Source: Paramecium tetraurelia (lineage: Eukaryota). Taken from it: a stretch of DNA of 64,000 nucleotides. The position numbers were made by a program, and so were the translations under genes. The notes under the pieces are model-generated. The model was not told the DNA's origin, searched no databases, and worked only from the letters and a program-made list of their open reading frames with translations. The stretch spans positions 62,001-126,000 of the forward strand of contig CT867996.1 of assembly GCA_000165425.1 (NCBI GenBank). Reading direction: 5' to 3'. Below, one piece after another: positions 13,158 to 26,642 of this stretch. The number at the start of each line of letters is the position of its first letter. Position 1 is the stretch's first letter.

Positions 13158-13481
13158 ATGATAAATTGAAGAATGATGTCGATTCATAATTAATTATTAT
13201 CTACTTTATGTTAGATATGATAATCTTCTATCTAGACCGTCCTCTCTCTCTTAATTTAATATTATAAATGAGTTTGAGTGTTCATTAATATACTAAGATA
13301 CGATTAGTCTTCCGCCAAGACATACTTAGTATTCAAACTTAAGTTTATATTAAATATTATTAAAATTTTAAAATGTTGCTATTCTCGTACCAATTACAAA
13401 ATTAACACAAAATTCAAGAAATTGCGCTCACCCCAAAACAAAAGGCAAATATTAAAAGGATTATAAGCTATTAAATAAATA

Positions 13482-14633
13482 ATGAAGATGGATGACAAAA
13501 GATTCAAGTTGCTACTAGGAGTCCATTATTTAGGGTCAACAAGTAAGCAATCACAATCATTCATAGACTACTTTGCCTCCTCCACTAAAGCATCAACCAT
13601 AAAAAGATGTGTCCAGACTCAAACATCCACCTAGGATTGTACCCAAAATGACTATTCTATACAATCTCCTTAAATTACTAAGGTACTTATTCTCACATCA
13701 TCCTTCTAGAAAGTCAAGACAACAGCTGATAGTACTCAAAATACATACGAAGATGACTTTTACTGTCATGAGAATCTAAAAATAGAGGAATCTATACAAT
13801 TGCCTATCACTTTCACCAATCGAAACAGCGGCATTCCAAATTAAAAATAGTTCTATTACATTAACCCACTCTACATTTAAGAATTCAAAGAAAAAGAGTA
13901 TAACTATAAAACTAGAGCCCTAATACTGAATCGAATCCTTGACAATTGCATTAACATGAACAATCCTTACTTTCACAAAGCCATTTACCTATTTGATCTA
14001 TTTCTAAGTAAACTCAAATGCAAGACCATCTCCAATCAATAGTAATTACGATTTCTGTCTTTGGCTATAATATTTGTGATAACTAAAATGAATGCAGAAA
14101 GTTCTAATGTCAACCTTTTACTCTCCTAATCATCACTCAACATGAACAAACAATAACTACTATAGTATGAAAGACTCATCCTTAAAGTATTGGATTGGCA
14201 TACGAACCCACTAACATTACAAGACATATTTTATGAAGTTATTTTGCGATTTCAGGTAGCCTTTCCAAACTTGAATGCATACATGTCTAATGAAAAATTA
14301 AATCTTAAAATCTAAATTAATGAAAGTGACATGAAAGTTATCAATCAAATCCTGAATGTCATCGTGTTGGATCACAATTACCTTAGTCATGACTTTGATG
14401 ATCTTTCATTTTCCATCTTGTATGTGATGTACCAAAAGGAACTCAAAGAAAATGAATTCGAAGATTTTCTGAAAAATCATGAGAAGTCAAAGTCACAAAT
14501 CCTAACATCAATTAAATTTGTATCCAAATTTATTAGAGTTGTTTAATAATTGGTATATTATAATATTTAAATTTAGAATGAGAAATAGTTAGACATAAAT
14601 TCATTAGAAATACTCAAGCTAGTTTGTGATTGA
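13482..14633 (+). CDS. Divergent cyclin (cyclin-box fold)
   Basis: TRALILNRILDNC...FHKAIYLFDLFLSK...LRFLSLAIIFVITKMN...LLQYERLILKVLDWHTNPLT follows the pattern of cyclin N-box helices 1-5. Confidence 0.75.
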
Positions 14634-14680
14634 TTTTTATTTATGTGTTATATTCTTGTTCATTATTCTTTAAATTTTTA

Positions 14681-14940
14681 ATGTCATTCACTTCTCTCAT
14701 ATAGATTTAAAATCATATTAGACAATATCAATTGCTTTATTCTAAGCTATTTGAATGTGAGATAACTTAATACACACAATGGAATCCAAATAGATAACAA
14801 GTAAACTGGTCTTAATAAATAATTTATAACAGATTGTTAAAATATAACCATAAATTAATCAAAAATTATCTGAAGTTATAAAAAGTGAAGTGAAGAAGTG
14901 GATCATTACAAATATTGGACAGGATGGCTATATATATTGA
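14681..14940 (+). CDS. Possible small hypothetical protein
   Basis: MSFTSLIQ... joins KLSEVIKSEVKKWIITNIGQDGYIY-TGA through a putative 32-nt intron; could be chance. Confidence 0.25.
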
Positions 14941-14991
14941 TGAAATCTATTTAATTGTATATATTAGGAGTGGAGAATTTAGAAAAAAATT

Positions 14992-16329
14992 TCAATCATT
15001 TACTAGTTTAACTACTTTAGCTGGAGTATTGGTGGTTAATTTTGTGGTCGCCATTTTTCCCTTAATCCATTTACCTCTGAAGGTAGCTCCATTAGATTTA
15101 ATGATTTATCCATTGCCATGTTAAAGACCAGCCTTCCAAAGTCCCAAGTACTTTTAACCATTAGGCCATGTTATCACACCATACCCTTCTCTCAAATCAT
15201 TCACGTATTGACCATCATATTTTCTTCCATCTGGCCATTCGAAAACCCCTTTCCCTTATTTAACTCCGTTTCTCCATTCTCCCGTATAGGTTCTCCCATC
15301 AGAGAACGCAAAAGTTCCAAATCCAGACATAAGATCATTTTCGAATCTTCCCTCATAAACAGCTCCATCAGGATATATCAATTTACCAAAACCACTTTTA
15401 AACCCTTCTTGAAAACTTCCTAGCCTTGGAATACAGATCAAATTTTACCCTCATAAATCCAACCGCCATCATATGTTTATATTCCTTGCCCATTAGGTAA
15501 ATCACTTTTCCATTCACCATCGTAATATGACCCATCAGAAAACGTATATTTTCCTTTCCCCTTTACTTATCCATCAACCCAAGTACCTGAAAATAGATCT
15601 CCATTTGAATGTTGAAATGTTCCAGATCCATTTGGCTTATTTTCATACCAATCTCCTATATAGAATGAATTTTCAGATAAAATATACTTACCAAAACCAT
15701 GAATCATTCCATCTTTCCATTAACCTTCATAAAATGCTCCATTTTAAAGTTCAATACAAGGCAATTTCTGCTACTAATTTGTTTAGACTAATTATTGATC
15801 TTTTTTTTATAACGGTATGAAACATAATCCATTCATCTCTACAGATATTGCTATTGGGTTGCTTGTGGGTCTACTAAGATCTGAAACTGAACTAGCATCA
15901 TCTTTAACTTCCTTATTTATATTTATAGTAATATCGGCATTGCAAAATTATTTTTAATTGGTCTCTTGCTCTTGATCCTTTCTTGGAGGCAATCTTTTAA
16001 CTGTCTACTATATTTAGAGAGTATTCTATTTCACTTATGAAGTTTCGGCTATAACCAAATCATTGTGAGAACTCTTTTGATTGATGATTGAAGAACTATG
16101 TTTTTGAGCTGTTGATCGAGATAATTTAAATTGAAATTTTCTAAGGTTATAATAGATGATACTTTCGAATTACATAGCCTCTGAAATTAGCTTATATTTT
16201 AATCACTCCTTTCATTTCTTATTTGCTTAACTTCTTCCCAACTTTTTATTTACTCTTCGTTGTTTTTGTAGTCAAGATCTCTTAGGTCTTATTTGGAACA
16301 GAATCATTGCACTGTTAACAATTTCCCAT
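14992..16329 (-). CDS. IQ-motif and MORN-repeat protein with N-terminal acylation motif
   Basis: Starts MGNCQQC; IQ motif IKIQANFRGYVIRK; many YEGxWxxGxxxGxG MORN repeats. Confidence 0.9.
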
Positions 16330-16886
16330 TTGCGTGGTTCAATTATTAATATTTATGTTTATAGTCATCTAAGCCACAAAATTACGATTTTCTTTTGTAA
16401 AATCTTTTATTCTAAAATCATCAAACCCTCTATATTAATAAATCTCAATGCCCCGTCTCCCCCTCACATCACTTTTGCTAGTAAAACCATAGTATCGATG
16501 AATAGGATGGTATAAATAGTTAGATCTATTTATTATAATCGTATACAGTGAAGAACAATGATGAAAAGATATACTAAAAAGATTGATTTATAAATTTAAA
16601 TAAGACAGACTACACAATAATCAAAGAAATATTTAGATGTTCACTCGATTGAGTCCTTATGGATGAATAAATAATGTTTATAATTTAGAATCATTCTTAT
16701 TATTTACAGATTATTGTGATTTATTTAGATAATCTATTTTAGAGTACAATATATGGCTTGGATGTAGTTGGATTAATCTAATTCTGCATTTCCTAGAGAT
16801 CTTAAAATAGAACAGTATATACATTTGGAGTCAATCAGAAATAATGATTAAATGTCATTTTATTATTAAATTTTAACTGTTAAGCC

Positions 16887-17714
16887 ATGAATAATTGCTA
16901 TGCATAGAATTTAAGTCTGAGTTAATTACGTCAATTGCCACAAGAACGTATGCATGTTAAAATGTATAAAAATGAAGAGTACTTTAAATATTGATTAAAT
17001 AAGAATAACATTGACACCTCAGAGTAATCGTAGTTAATTGAATGAAGTAAAGTGCTACTCATATATATCAAGGCTATCGAGAATCTTGAAATGCAATGGC
17101 AATCTATACGGAAATAACATCTAGACCAACGTTCTTGTAGTCGAAGTCCTGCCAAAAACAACCTTATGAATCAATTGCTCAAAAATAAGGATAAATAATA
17201 GTAATGCATTTTGAAGAAGGTTGTACCTTTATCAACCATTAACTTAGCCAGAATCTAAGATTAGCAGCAACAATAATAAATTCAATGCAATCCTTAACAA
17301 TAAGCACAACGCAATCATCTTAAAGTAGTTCATGTCATATCTATTTAGGATTCCTCTCATTTCCAATACATTGCCAATAAATACTGTAATATCTACAGAA
17401 GACCTAGTCCAGAATAATAATACGTAGTGAATTCCCTCAGAGATAATGAATAACTGAGTTATTCCATTGGCAGAAATCAGATCCAATAACATCAATACCA
17501 AAGAAATAATCTCAAAGTCTTGGATGAAAGAGTAAGAGTCAATTCCCAAGACAAATACACAGCCCAAGCTCTATCCAACAGTAATATACTCAAGAAGGAT
17601 GGACCCTAACGCAAAAGAGTTTCCCAATATTTCAAAGATGAGGAGAATAAGATGACATCTGTCAAATCTGTTGCTATGTAAAATTAAAGAATTCTTCCAA
17701 AAAAACGACCCTGA
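16887..17714 (+). CDS. Hypothetical Q/N-rich low-complexity protein
   Basis: MNNCYAQNLSLSQLRQLP...ILPKKRP-TGA with introns of 25 and 26 nt. Confidence 0.6.
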
Positions 17715-18351
17715 AGTAATGCAAAGTGGTTATTGATAAACTATGTATGATACCTTATATATATAAAATTGTTGTAAAATAACAATGGATTCCTCTCATC
17801 TCATTTGTTATTCAATTGCTTACATGCTATCATAATTCAAATTAGGTTAATCTATCGAATTTATGATATCTTCGAATTTTGGTAATTCATAAAATACTTA
17901 AATTCTTTAATTATAAATTATTTTATGCTGCATTAATTAATAATTAATGATTTTCTAATAATTATTTATAGATTAGTATAATTTAATTATTTTTCTGTAT
18001 GTTTGGAAAAGTAATTTAAATAATTAATAAATGTAAGTGGAAAAACCATTTTATAGAATGGTTGAACTTTTGTCTAATGGATAGTAATTAAACCTATCTA
18101 TAATGTGATTAATAAAATATTTAAGGATTGTATCTGATATTTAAAAAAGTGAAAATATATGATTTTCCATTAAATTATACGTAGTTAGTATGAATATTAA
18201 TATTGTCCATGATTCCTCTACAAATGTAGTTTTCGTGATAATGGATTTAAAAATCTGGAAACATTATTGTAGAGGATAATTGTATTTAATTTATGATGGG
18301 TAATAATGGTGTTTTGAAAGCGCATAGGGTTTTTTGAGAAAATTAATTAAT

Positions 18352-20866
18352 ATGGGAAAATTGTGGAACTTAATTAAATCTCAGCTTCTTATACTTATAA
18401 TGAGTTTGCTTTTAATGCTTCAGTGCATATTTGGTTCTGAAGAATACTACTATTTGTTTGTGGTGTTAGTATTATAAATTACTCGTATGGCTTGGAAGTA
18501 TTATGGTGCATAGTAATTTTAAATGGTACTAATCATTTAATATTTGGGATACATGACAGTTCTGTATTTGTGTAGTAATACGGATGTTTTATCATGCATG
18601 TGTGTAATGTAAATAGGATAGACTTTATTTTTTGAGAATGAATTCAAGAATAGAAGGCTAATTATATTGTTTTCGGTAGGGGCAGATCTTCTTGTGCTTC
18701 TTTTGTTCAAGAATAGAAATACTAGTCAAATTTATTTACCTTGCATATCCATAGCCATAAAGACATTGTCATAGTTGATCAATTACCCTTAAGTAAATGA
18801 ACACCCTAACATCAATAAGGAAAATTTGATCGTGGAGAGTAATCATCAATCTATTTATAAAATGACAAAGGATCGCAATTGTCATTCTGAGAGTATGCCT
18901 ACAACTCCAAAAACTGATCTTTATTAGGTGGAATTGCTGAGCTTTTTTCCTTAAGGGATTGCGCTGGTTGCATTAAATGATGATATTTAGTTTTGTAATG
19001 AGAATATGAAAAAGATATTTGTTTAAGGAGAAAATCAGCAATCAATTCTGTAAGCAATATACAATTTGGAAGAACAATAGATTGTGGAATAGGCAGAAAA
19101 ATAATCAATGGAACAACCACCCAAATAATCGATGAGTTCGTTTTCAACATTTCAACCTGTACCTATACCGAAGACTTTATTTATAAATGTAGCAAGGTCT
19201 CAAAATAAGTAATCAGGAACAGTAATTCAAAAGTAATTGAAAGAAATGCCATTGCCAAGAGCCAAAACATAATCGAAAAAGGAGACTATTAAAATAGAAG
19301 ACACATTTATTTCTGATAGTTGTGTAAGTGATCATCACTATTATGTAGGTGATTGAGTAAGAGATTCAATGTATGAAGAAGTAGATTCAAAGAAAGGAAG
19401 TTTAGAATTTGATGAAGACTACTCATGTGCAAGAACACATAGTTGTGTTGGGGTATATACGATCGGAGAAACAAAAGAGAAGATAAATAGAGATTAAGTT
19501 GTATTCTACGTTTATGAATGATTGTCCTTACATTCTCATAGTTGCACGAGATATTACTCATAGAGATTACATTCGATCATTAAAGAATTACTGTAATTAG
19601 AAATCCAAGATGCTGACTTTTGTGAGTCATGAATTCAGAACACCCTTGAATTGTATTATCGATTAACTGAATGAGAGTTTGAGAGAGGATTGCAGAAATG
19701 CATCAGAAACTATCTTCTGTGAAAAAGATAAGGAGAGTCAAAAGTCAGTGAGAATTGCCTTGCATACAGCCAAATAACTGTTGAATCTTTCTGATGATCT
19801 CCTTGATTTGGCATAGATTAGAGCAGACAAATTTAAGGCTGTGAAACAAAAGTTTAATTTAAAGAATATGTTGAAGAGTTGTCTTGAGTTATTCTCTGCC
19901 ACTGCTGAAAAATAATAAATAGTCTTGACTTTGAATTACAATGCACATGTTCCGAAAATCATTGAATAGGATTCTAACAGGATCAAATAAATAATTACGA
20001 ATTTAATCGGAAATGCATTCAAATTCACTGCAAAAGGAAATATTACTTTAGAAGTAACCTAAGGGTAAGATAGAAAGAGAATCACTATTTCTGTGGCAGA
20101 CACTGGTATTGGAATCTCTGATGAAGATAAACTCAAATTATTTAAAGCTTTTGCTAAAAGTAATAGTGAGGAGAGTAAGAAGATGAATATATAAGGTGTG
20201 GGTTTGGGGTTATTGATAAGCAATTAAATATTATAAAATCTTAATGGAGATACTTAAAATGGATTAAAGGTTCACTCTTAATTATATAAGGGGTCTACAT
20301 TTTATTTTACAATTTAAATTTGTGATGTACAAGAAAGCTTTTCACTTCATGAAATGGAAGAACGCAATCAAGAGAGTGAAAATTCCGAAGAGAACTCTTT
20401 GGTTGTTCCAGATGATGATTATCCTCAAAAGTTGAAAGTGATTACAAAAAAGATAAATATCAAGGCGTCAACTAAGGTTTCAATTGCAGATCCAAAGATA
20501 CTGATTGTGGATGATGTGCAATTAAATGTAGAGATGATTGCACGCATGATAAAAGATACGGCTGTAGATTGGGCCTTGAATGGATATCAAGCCATACAGA
20601 AATGCAAGGAAAGAATCGAACACAATTAAGAGTTGTATAAGGTTATACTTATGGATTTGGAGATGCCAATTATGAATGGATTCTAAGTGTCAAAGGCTAT
20701 CTTATCTTTGTGTGCTGATTTGGGAGCGTCTACAACGATTATTGGGTGTTCGGCTTATGACTCAGAAGAGTAGATGCAGGAATGTTTGAAGGTGGGGATG
20801 ACGGAGTATTTACATAAGCCTGTGAAATAGAAGGCGCTTTAACAAATCTTATATAAGTATCTATGA
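18352..20866 (+). CDS. Membrane-anchored hybrid histidine kinase (TM - PAS-like - HisKA - HATPase - receiver)
   Basis: H-box FVSHEFRTPLN (His 19628-19630), N-box QIITNLIGNAFKFT, G1 VADTGIGI, G2 GVGLGL, receiver ILIVDD...LMDLEMPIMNG...YLHKP. An alternative in-frame ATG lies at 18190. One 25-nt intron. Confidence 0.92.
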
Positions 20867-20954
20867 ATTATATATGCTTATTACTTATATTCTTTTTAGT
20901 TTTCTCAAATATAAATATTTTTGCCCGGAATTTTATATAATTTAAAAATAATAA

Positions 20955-21231
20955 ATGGACCCACATCAAATATGTAAGTAATTGCAAGAAGAGTATTTTA
21001 AAGAGAACGACGCTGTAAACAATTTGATTTCTAAAAGAGCTGAGAAATCGTGTGTCTGAGATGGAGGCCAAGAATGCTGAATATCAGGATTAGATTGAAG
21101 GATTGAAATAAACGATTGAAGAGAAGGATGCCAAAATCAAACAATTAGAGGACACATTGGCTAATATACAAAATAAGCCAATCAAAAAAACCATTTAAAA
21201 GAAGAAAGATAAGAAGTCAACTAAAAAGTGA
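20955..21231 (+). CDS. Small coiled-coil protein
   Basis: MDPHQICKQLQEEYFKENDA|LRNRVSEMEAKNAEYQDQIEGLKQ...KK-TGA; 25-nt intron 21015-21039. Confidence 0.7.
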
Positions 21232-21251
21232 TATAATAATTTACTTAAATA

Positions 21252-23520
21252 ATGAAACACAGACCTTAATCAGCTATCGTTAAGCTCAAATCAGAGCCTT
21301 CAGATCCTCGTTCTTCTTTTTCTCACTTAATGGTGTCTCCCAAACTCATCAGACCTCCACAGACTCCTCAACAATTTCACTTGGATCAGGAAACTCTCTA
21401 CATGAACAACCTGCATTAGAAGTAGGAGACGAATGAAATCAAATTCCAGAATCTCAAACTCAGAACTCTTGTCTAACAATTACAGGTTTCTTCAATAATA
21501 GTATCTCTTGTAGGCACGTATTTCTCAAATTGAAAGAGTAGATCGACATCAATTCTAAGTGGACCCATTGGGAATGTCTACTAACAATGCAGAAGGCAGC
21601 ATAGTTCCCATGCTCAAAGCCAAAATTAAACAATAAGCTCAAACAATCGAAGAATTGACTGCAGATCTACGTACTTAATGTAAATCAGTAAAACTCACCT
21701 AAATACTGGAATTGCAGAAACAGATCAAGAATCAATAAGATGAAATCATCAAACTGAGATAGTTTTAATAAATTGCTCTCAAAATCACAGATCAAGAGTA
21801 ATCAATTAGTGTCATTTTATTCAAAGCTTGTTCAATGACCCTGACATTGCTGAGCGCCTTGAAAATTACCTCAAAACCATAGATGCACAATAAATTCGCA
21901 TCGATCAATTGTTTAAGCAGAATAAGAAACTCAGTTAAGAACATTAAGACTTATTAGATAAAACTAACAAACTCTAAGAAGAATGCAAATAAATTGGTTT
22001 AGATAGGACACAACTCAAGAAGAAACTAGATGAACAGCTCATTACTGAAACTGAATAATATTAACAAAAGAAAAGAGAGTTTCTTGAAAATAAATTACAG
22101 TAACATTTATAATCTATTTAATAGGAGTGTACTCAAATAAGTTGATGCCTTGAAAGGAGAACTCTCCCTCTATGAGAATAAATATAAACAATCTACTAAG
22201 TTACAATAGGATCAAGAGAGAGAATTCAAATAAACAATTATGAAAGCTCAAAAAAATAAATAACATTTAGAAGAACTCATCCAAAAGAAAGAACAATTAA
22301 TGTATATTTCATCATAATGCAGTTAGTTAGGACTTACAAGATAGAGTGGCAATCTAAGATTTACTCAAACAAAAATCAGCTAATGAAGAACCAGTGGTTA
22401 AATTTGTCTAACCTCCAAAAACCTATCGTGATCAAAACTTCCAATTCCCTGAACCATCTATCCCATAACATAAACCTACCGATATCATTAATACCATTCC
22501 TATCGACTAAGAACGGCTTCAACAATTATTGGAAGATCTCAAATACAAAGTGATATCTCTATGTTTAACTCGTCAAAGACTGCTTCATATCTTCAATTAT
22601 ATAGAGTTCATGTAATTAAAGGATTCAGTCCATTATTTCATGGGATCTCCCTTCAATTATCTAGAAAAAGATGCTCTCATTTTAAGTCGATATTTCTTTA
22701 GTGAAGACAAAGGAAGTGGATATAAAATATAATGGGAAGACACACAAAGCATTAGTGATTTAATCTAAATGATTATCCCTAAAAAGGAAAACACTTAATT
22801 TAATTTCAAGACCATTGTTAATAGGAATCATCTTATTAAACAATTGAATCAACAAATCAAAAATGTCAAATTGCAGGATGCTAAATACAATATAGACGAT
22901 TACATCATTTACATAAAGAGAAATACTAATATGAATGATGAGTAAATCACATTTCTTAGATTAATTAATCAAATCTACTTAGGAGATGTTACCAATATTG
23001 ACCAAGGTTTCTTGCGTATCTACCTAAAGGAAGAATGCGAGATGCTATCCCAACTCTATAATTTATAAAAGATAGACTTTGTAATCTATAGATACATACC
23101 CAAATTGTAAATAAAACAAGAAGATAAAGAATTTGAGGAGTTCAACATCACCTAAAAAACTTCAGAGCAAAAATTTGATGAGTCTTCAGCACAATTTTCA
23201 TGTAATTCCATTTATAATCTATTTTAGAATTCAGAGTAAGTGATTCCTACTTGAAAACATCAGAAAGTAGAAAACCCACTTCAGCAAGAGACTCTCTCAC
23301 TTATAGTCAATCGTAAATCGAGAGTGTCCCTTTATTAAAGAGACCAAGTGATTAGCTGAACCGAGTTTCTAATAATTCTATTAAAAAGGAGGAAGAAGAA
23401 TTCGTTGAATTTGGAATATCTGACTAATTGATGCTCTAGCCACCCTAACTATTGAAAAATAAGGAACCAATTTAAGAAACTGAAGAAGAGTATTAAGAAA
23501 TCTATTAAGAAGAATTATGA
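21252..23520 (+). CDS. Large hypothetical coiled-coil protein
   Basis: MKHRPQSAIVKLK... with long Q/E/K heptad stretches, several tiny introns and an acidic C-terminus ending EEL-TGA. Confidence 0.7.
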
Positions 23521-24013
23521 TGATATATATATTATTTATAAATTAACATTCTAGGAGCAACAACAATACTCAAAAAGATATTATAGATTCCTTTTCCAAT
23601 GTTAAAAAATGAATGAAGCAAAGAACAGAACCTAATGCTTTAACATAGAATATCACATTATTGTGATATTAATGGACTCAATAGATTTCAAAGATGCATT
23701 AAAAATTTAAAATTATTACACAGCATTAAAACATCATTTTTACTCTTATATTTAGAATTACAAACTCTAATCCTACAAAAAATCTTTCAGCATTACTACT
23801 ATTCAAATTAGAAAAATAAATAATTTAATCAACACTAACTTTTATTGAATTATTAGTTCTTTAATTAATATCCCTTATCATAATAACTATTTATTGATAG
23901 AAAACATTTTAAGGAAATCCTAAGTAAATTAGTCATTATGGATCTGGATAAAAGTTATTTTATTCAAATTATTAATAATTAATTATATAATTCATACTCG
24001 ATAGAGAATATAC

Positions 24014-25196
24014 TCATGCTGAATGAAGCGAGAATGGCTTTGTCTATTTTGGAGGACTATTCCCATTTGGTTTAGCAGCATCAGATAGACTTCCCATTGC
24101 AACAAAAATTTAACTTCTTCTCTAAAGACGCCTAACAAGTTTATTTTATCTAATCTCTTAAATTGAGAGTCTATTTCTTGGATTAGAATTCAACATTCCT
24201 GTTAAGAGAGCCTGACAATCTGGAGAGCGCTAATAATTATCCCAAGGACGTGGAATTTATGCAGTGAGCAATTAATGAAATACAACTCCCAAACTATAAA
24301 TATCCACCTTATAATCATAATTATTAGTAGTAATTATTTCAGGAGCCACGTAATTTCTAGTACCACACTTCTAAAAGAGATAAGCACCATCTGGTCTGTA
24401 AAAATCTGCAAGTCCAAAATCTGCAATTACTGGATCCTCAAAATTCCTAAATAAAATATTATTGGGTTTTAGATCTCTATGAATTATATTTTTGGTGTGA
24501 ATGTACTCAAGTCCATTCAGTAATTTCAATAACAAACTAATTGCCTTATCTTCTTTCAGAATCTTTTCTTGGCTTATCTCCATCTGCGTCTCGAAAAGCT
24601 CCTCGACCAAAAATACACATTGATCACTCTCATAACATTCTTTTATGGTCAGAACATTTGGATGATCCATCAATCTTAATATCTAGATCTCTTTCCTAAT
24701 TGCACTTTTGTCACGAGGATCAAGCAACAACTATTTCTCAAACATTTTGACGGCAAATTGCTGTTCATTTTAAACATTCTTTACTTTGTAAACCTTTAAT
24801 ATATTATGTATTGAATACCTTTCCAAAACTCCCACTTCCTATCTATTTCAAAACTCTATACTAATTGGCAAAATCCTTCTGAATTCCATAAAGTTTCAGT
24901 ATTTATTTCAATTAAGAAGTTAGACCAAAGATGAGCAATTCTTTGTTTTACTATTGTATTTTCACTCCTCTCCCCATACAGACATGATCATTAAATTCGA
25001 TATATGCATTGGCTATATTTATCGAATTCAAGATTTCAGTCTCTTCTTCAAAATGGCTCAACGTTAAAATTGTGTTTATTAACTACAATTAGCATCTAAC
25101 AAAGTTATTTGTCCTAACTTTGAGAAATGCAATTTGTTTCTTGAGTGTTATTCCAGTTTCAACCTCATAAAACTATGAGTCAAAAAAGTTATCCAT
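24014..25196 (-). CDS. Ser/Thr protein kinase (CAMK-like) with N-terminal extension
   Basis: GSGSFG, FAVK, HRDLKPNN, DFG, CGTRNYVAPE and DIYSLG are all intact; intron after GK. Confidence 0.92.
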
Positions 25197-26081
25197 TTAT
25201 TATTTTAATAAAATTCTGATAAAACGTATTTGATTTTAAATATATAATATCATTAATATGCTTTCAATTTAAATTGTTTGTGGTTCATTCAATAAATAAG
25301 CAAAAATAAATTTAATAAATAATAAATATTTATAATGTAAAAACATAGTATTTAATGTTTAATTTGCAGTAAACATTTTAGAACACTTCTTTTAAATTAC
25401 TTTAATTTACCTTCTATAGTTATTGATTTATTTATGCAAACCAGTCATTGGCCTTTTACTTTTCAATCTGTAATCATGATAAATTATTCGAATTTATTAT
25501 TGAGAAGAATTAATTAAAATCGTTATTTGAATGAATGAAAATGTATGAATATATATATTAGATTTGAACAATAACGAAAAATTCTATTAGAATTCAATAT
25601 AATCATCTTTTATATCAAATATTCTTAATATTTAGTGAACTAACTATATTAGAAAGGAATTTTGGATACTATTTCATCCTAATAGGAATAAGGTATTAAT
25701 CAATAATCAAAATAATCAAAGCTTATAAATATTGAAAATTATTATCAAATAAATTAAAGAGTAACTTACTTTATAAAACAAAAAAAATTATTTTACGCTG
25801 GTTTTTAAAATTTCTAACCGATTAAATTGATTCCCTCTTTTTTTGAAGCCTTCCTTAATGATGAATTCTATAAATATAGACTCAAATATTAGCCCATATT
25901 GATAAAGCGGCAATTAGAATTCAAAAAAAGCATTTAAATGGACTTTTGTGCTGGGAATTCTCATCCATATTTTGTCAAAATATAGGAAAGAGGATGAAGT
26001 TGAAGAGATGAAGGGGGCAATCACAATAGAAAGTTGACTTATTTTAATTTTATATAATTATTTTAAATACTAATACAATGC

Positions 26082-26342
26082 TCAAAATTAGTCTCTTAAT
26101 TTGCAATCCAAATACTCTATGACTAATATGGGTTTATCAACTTTGAATGTCTTTTTATTTGTAGGAGAAATGTTGCTATTCCAAGAATCATCCAAACTAA
26201 ATGTTTCGATTTCTTCTGGTTATGGACTTGGTAGAGGTCTAATATTAGAATCTAAATGATACCTGGTTTTAATGTGTTGGGGAGTATCTGCATTTGGGAA
26301 GTTAGAATGGGTTTAAAGTTTGAGGTGATAGAGGCCTTGCAT
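26082..26342 (-). CDS. Small hypothetical protein (about 78 aa)
   Basis: MQGLYHLKLQTHSNFPNADTP...PSPQPEEIETFSLDDSW...KLRDQF-TGA; candidate in-frame 24-nt GTA...TAG intron. Confidence 0.5.
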
Positions 26343-26642
26343 GAAAGGGCGTGATAAAAAGTTATAGAAAATAAATAATACATTTTAAAACTAATAAATC
26401 ATATAATTTAAATTGCTTTGAAATATAAAAATTGTATAATTGTATTTTCTAGAAGGTAGAAATATATTAGATGTACTGAAATTAATGAAGAATGGAAATT
26501 TAAATAATTAAATATAAAATAGTGTAAATCAGAACCATTATATATATTCCAATCAGTTTTTATGTGAATAATTCTACATTTTTTGGAATATGTTGAATGT
26601 AATGCATTTTTTCTTTATTCATAAATTAAAAGTTTATTATAA

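Noticed and set aside
13373..13495. 40-codon upstream ORF overlapping the cyclin start
   Set aside because: With only one stop codon, ORFs of this length are common by chance, and nothing shows it is transcribed.
16448..16472. C-rich island (gccccgtctccccctcac) as a promoter element
   Set aside because: It occurs once, with no matching motif elsewhere in the window.
17599..17625. PAM2-like peptide MDPNAKEFP
   Set aside because: It is not in the reading frame of the 16887-17714 gene.
18352..20866. Histidine kinase as recent bacterial transfer or contamination
   Set aside because: It uses TAA/TAG as Gln, has a 25-nt spliceosomal intron and matches host composition.
25810..26000. Coding-like fragment and short palindrome (ATATTTTG-T-CAAAATAT) in the long intergenic region
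   Set aside because: There is no clear start or homology, and an 8-bp AT-rich inverted repeat is expected by chance.
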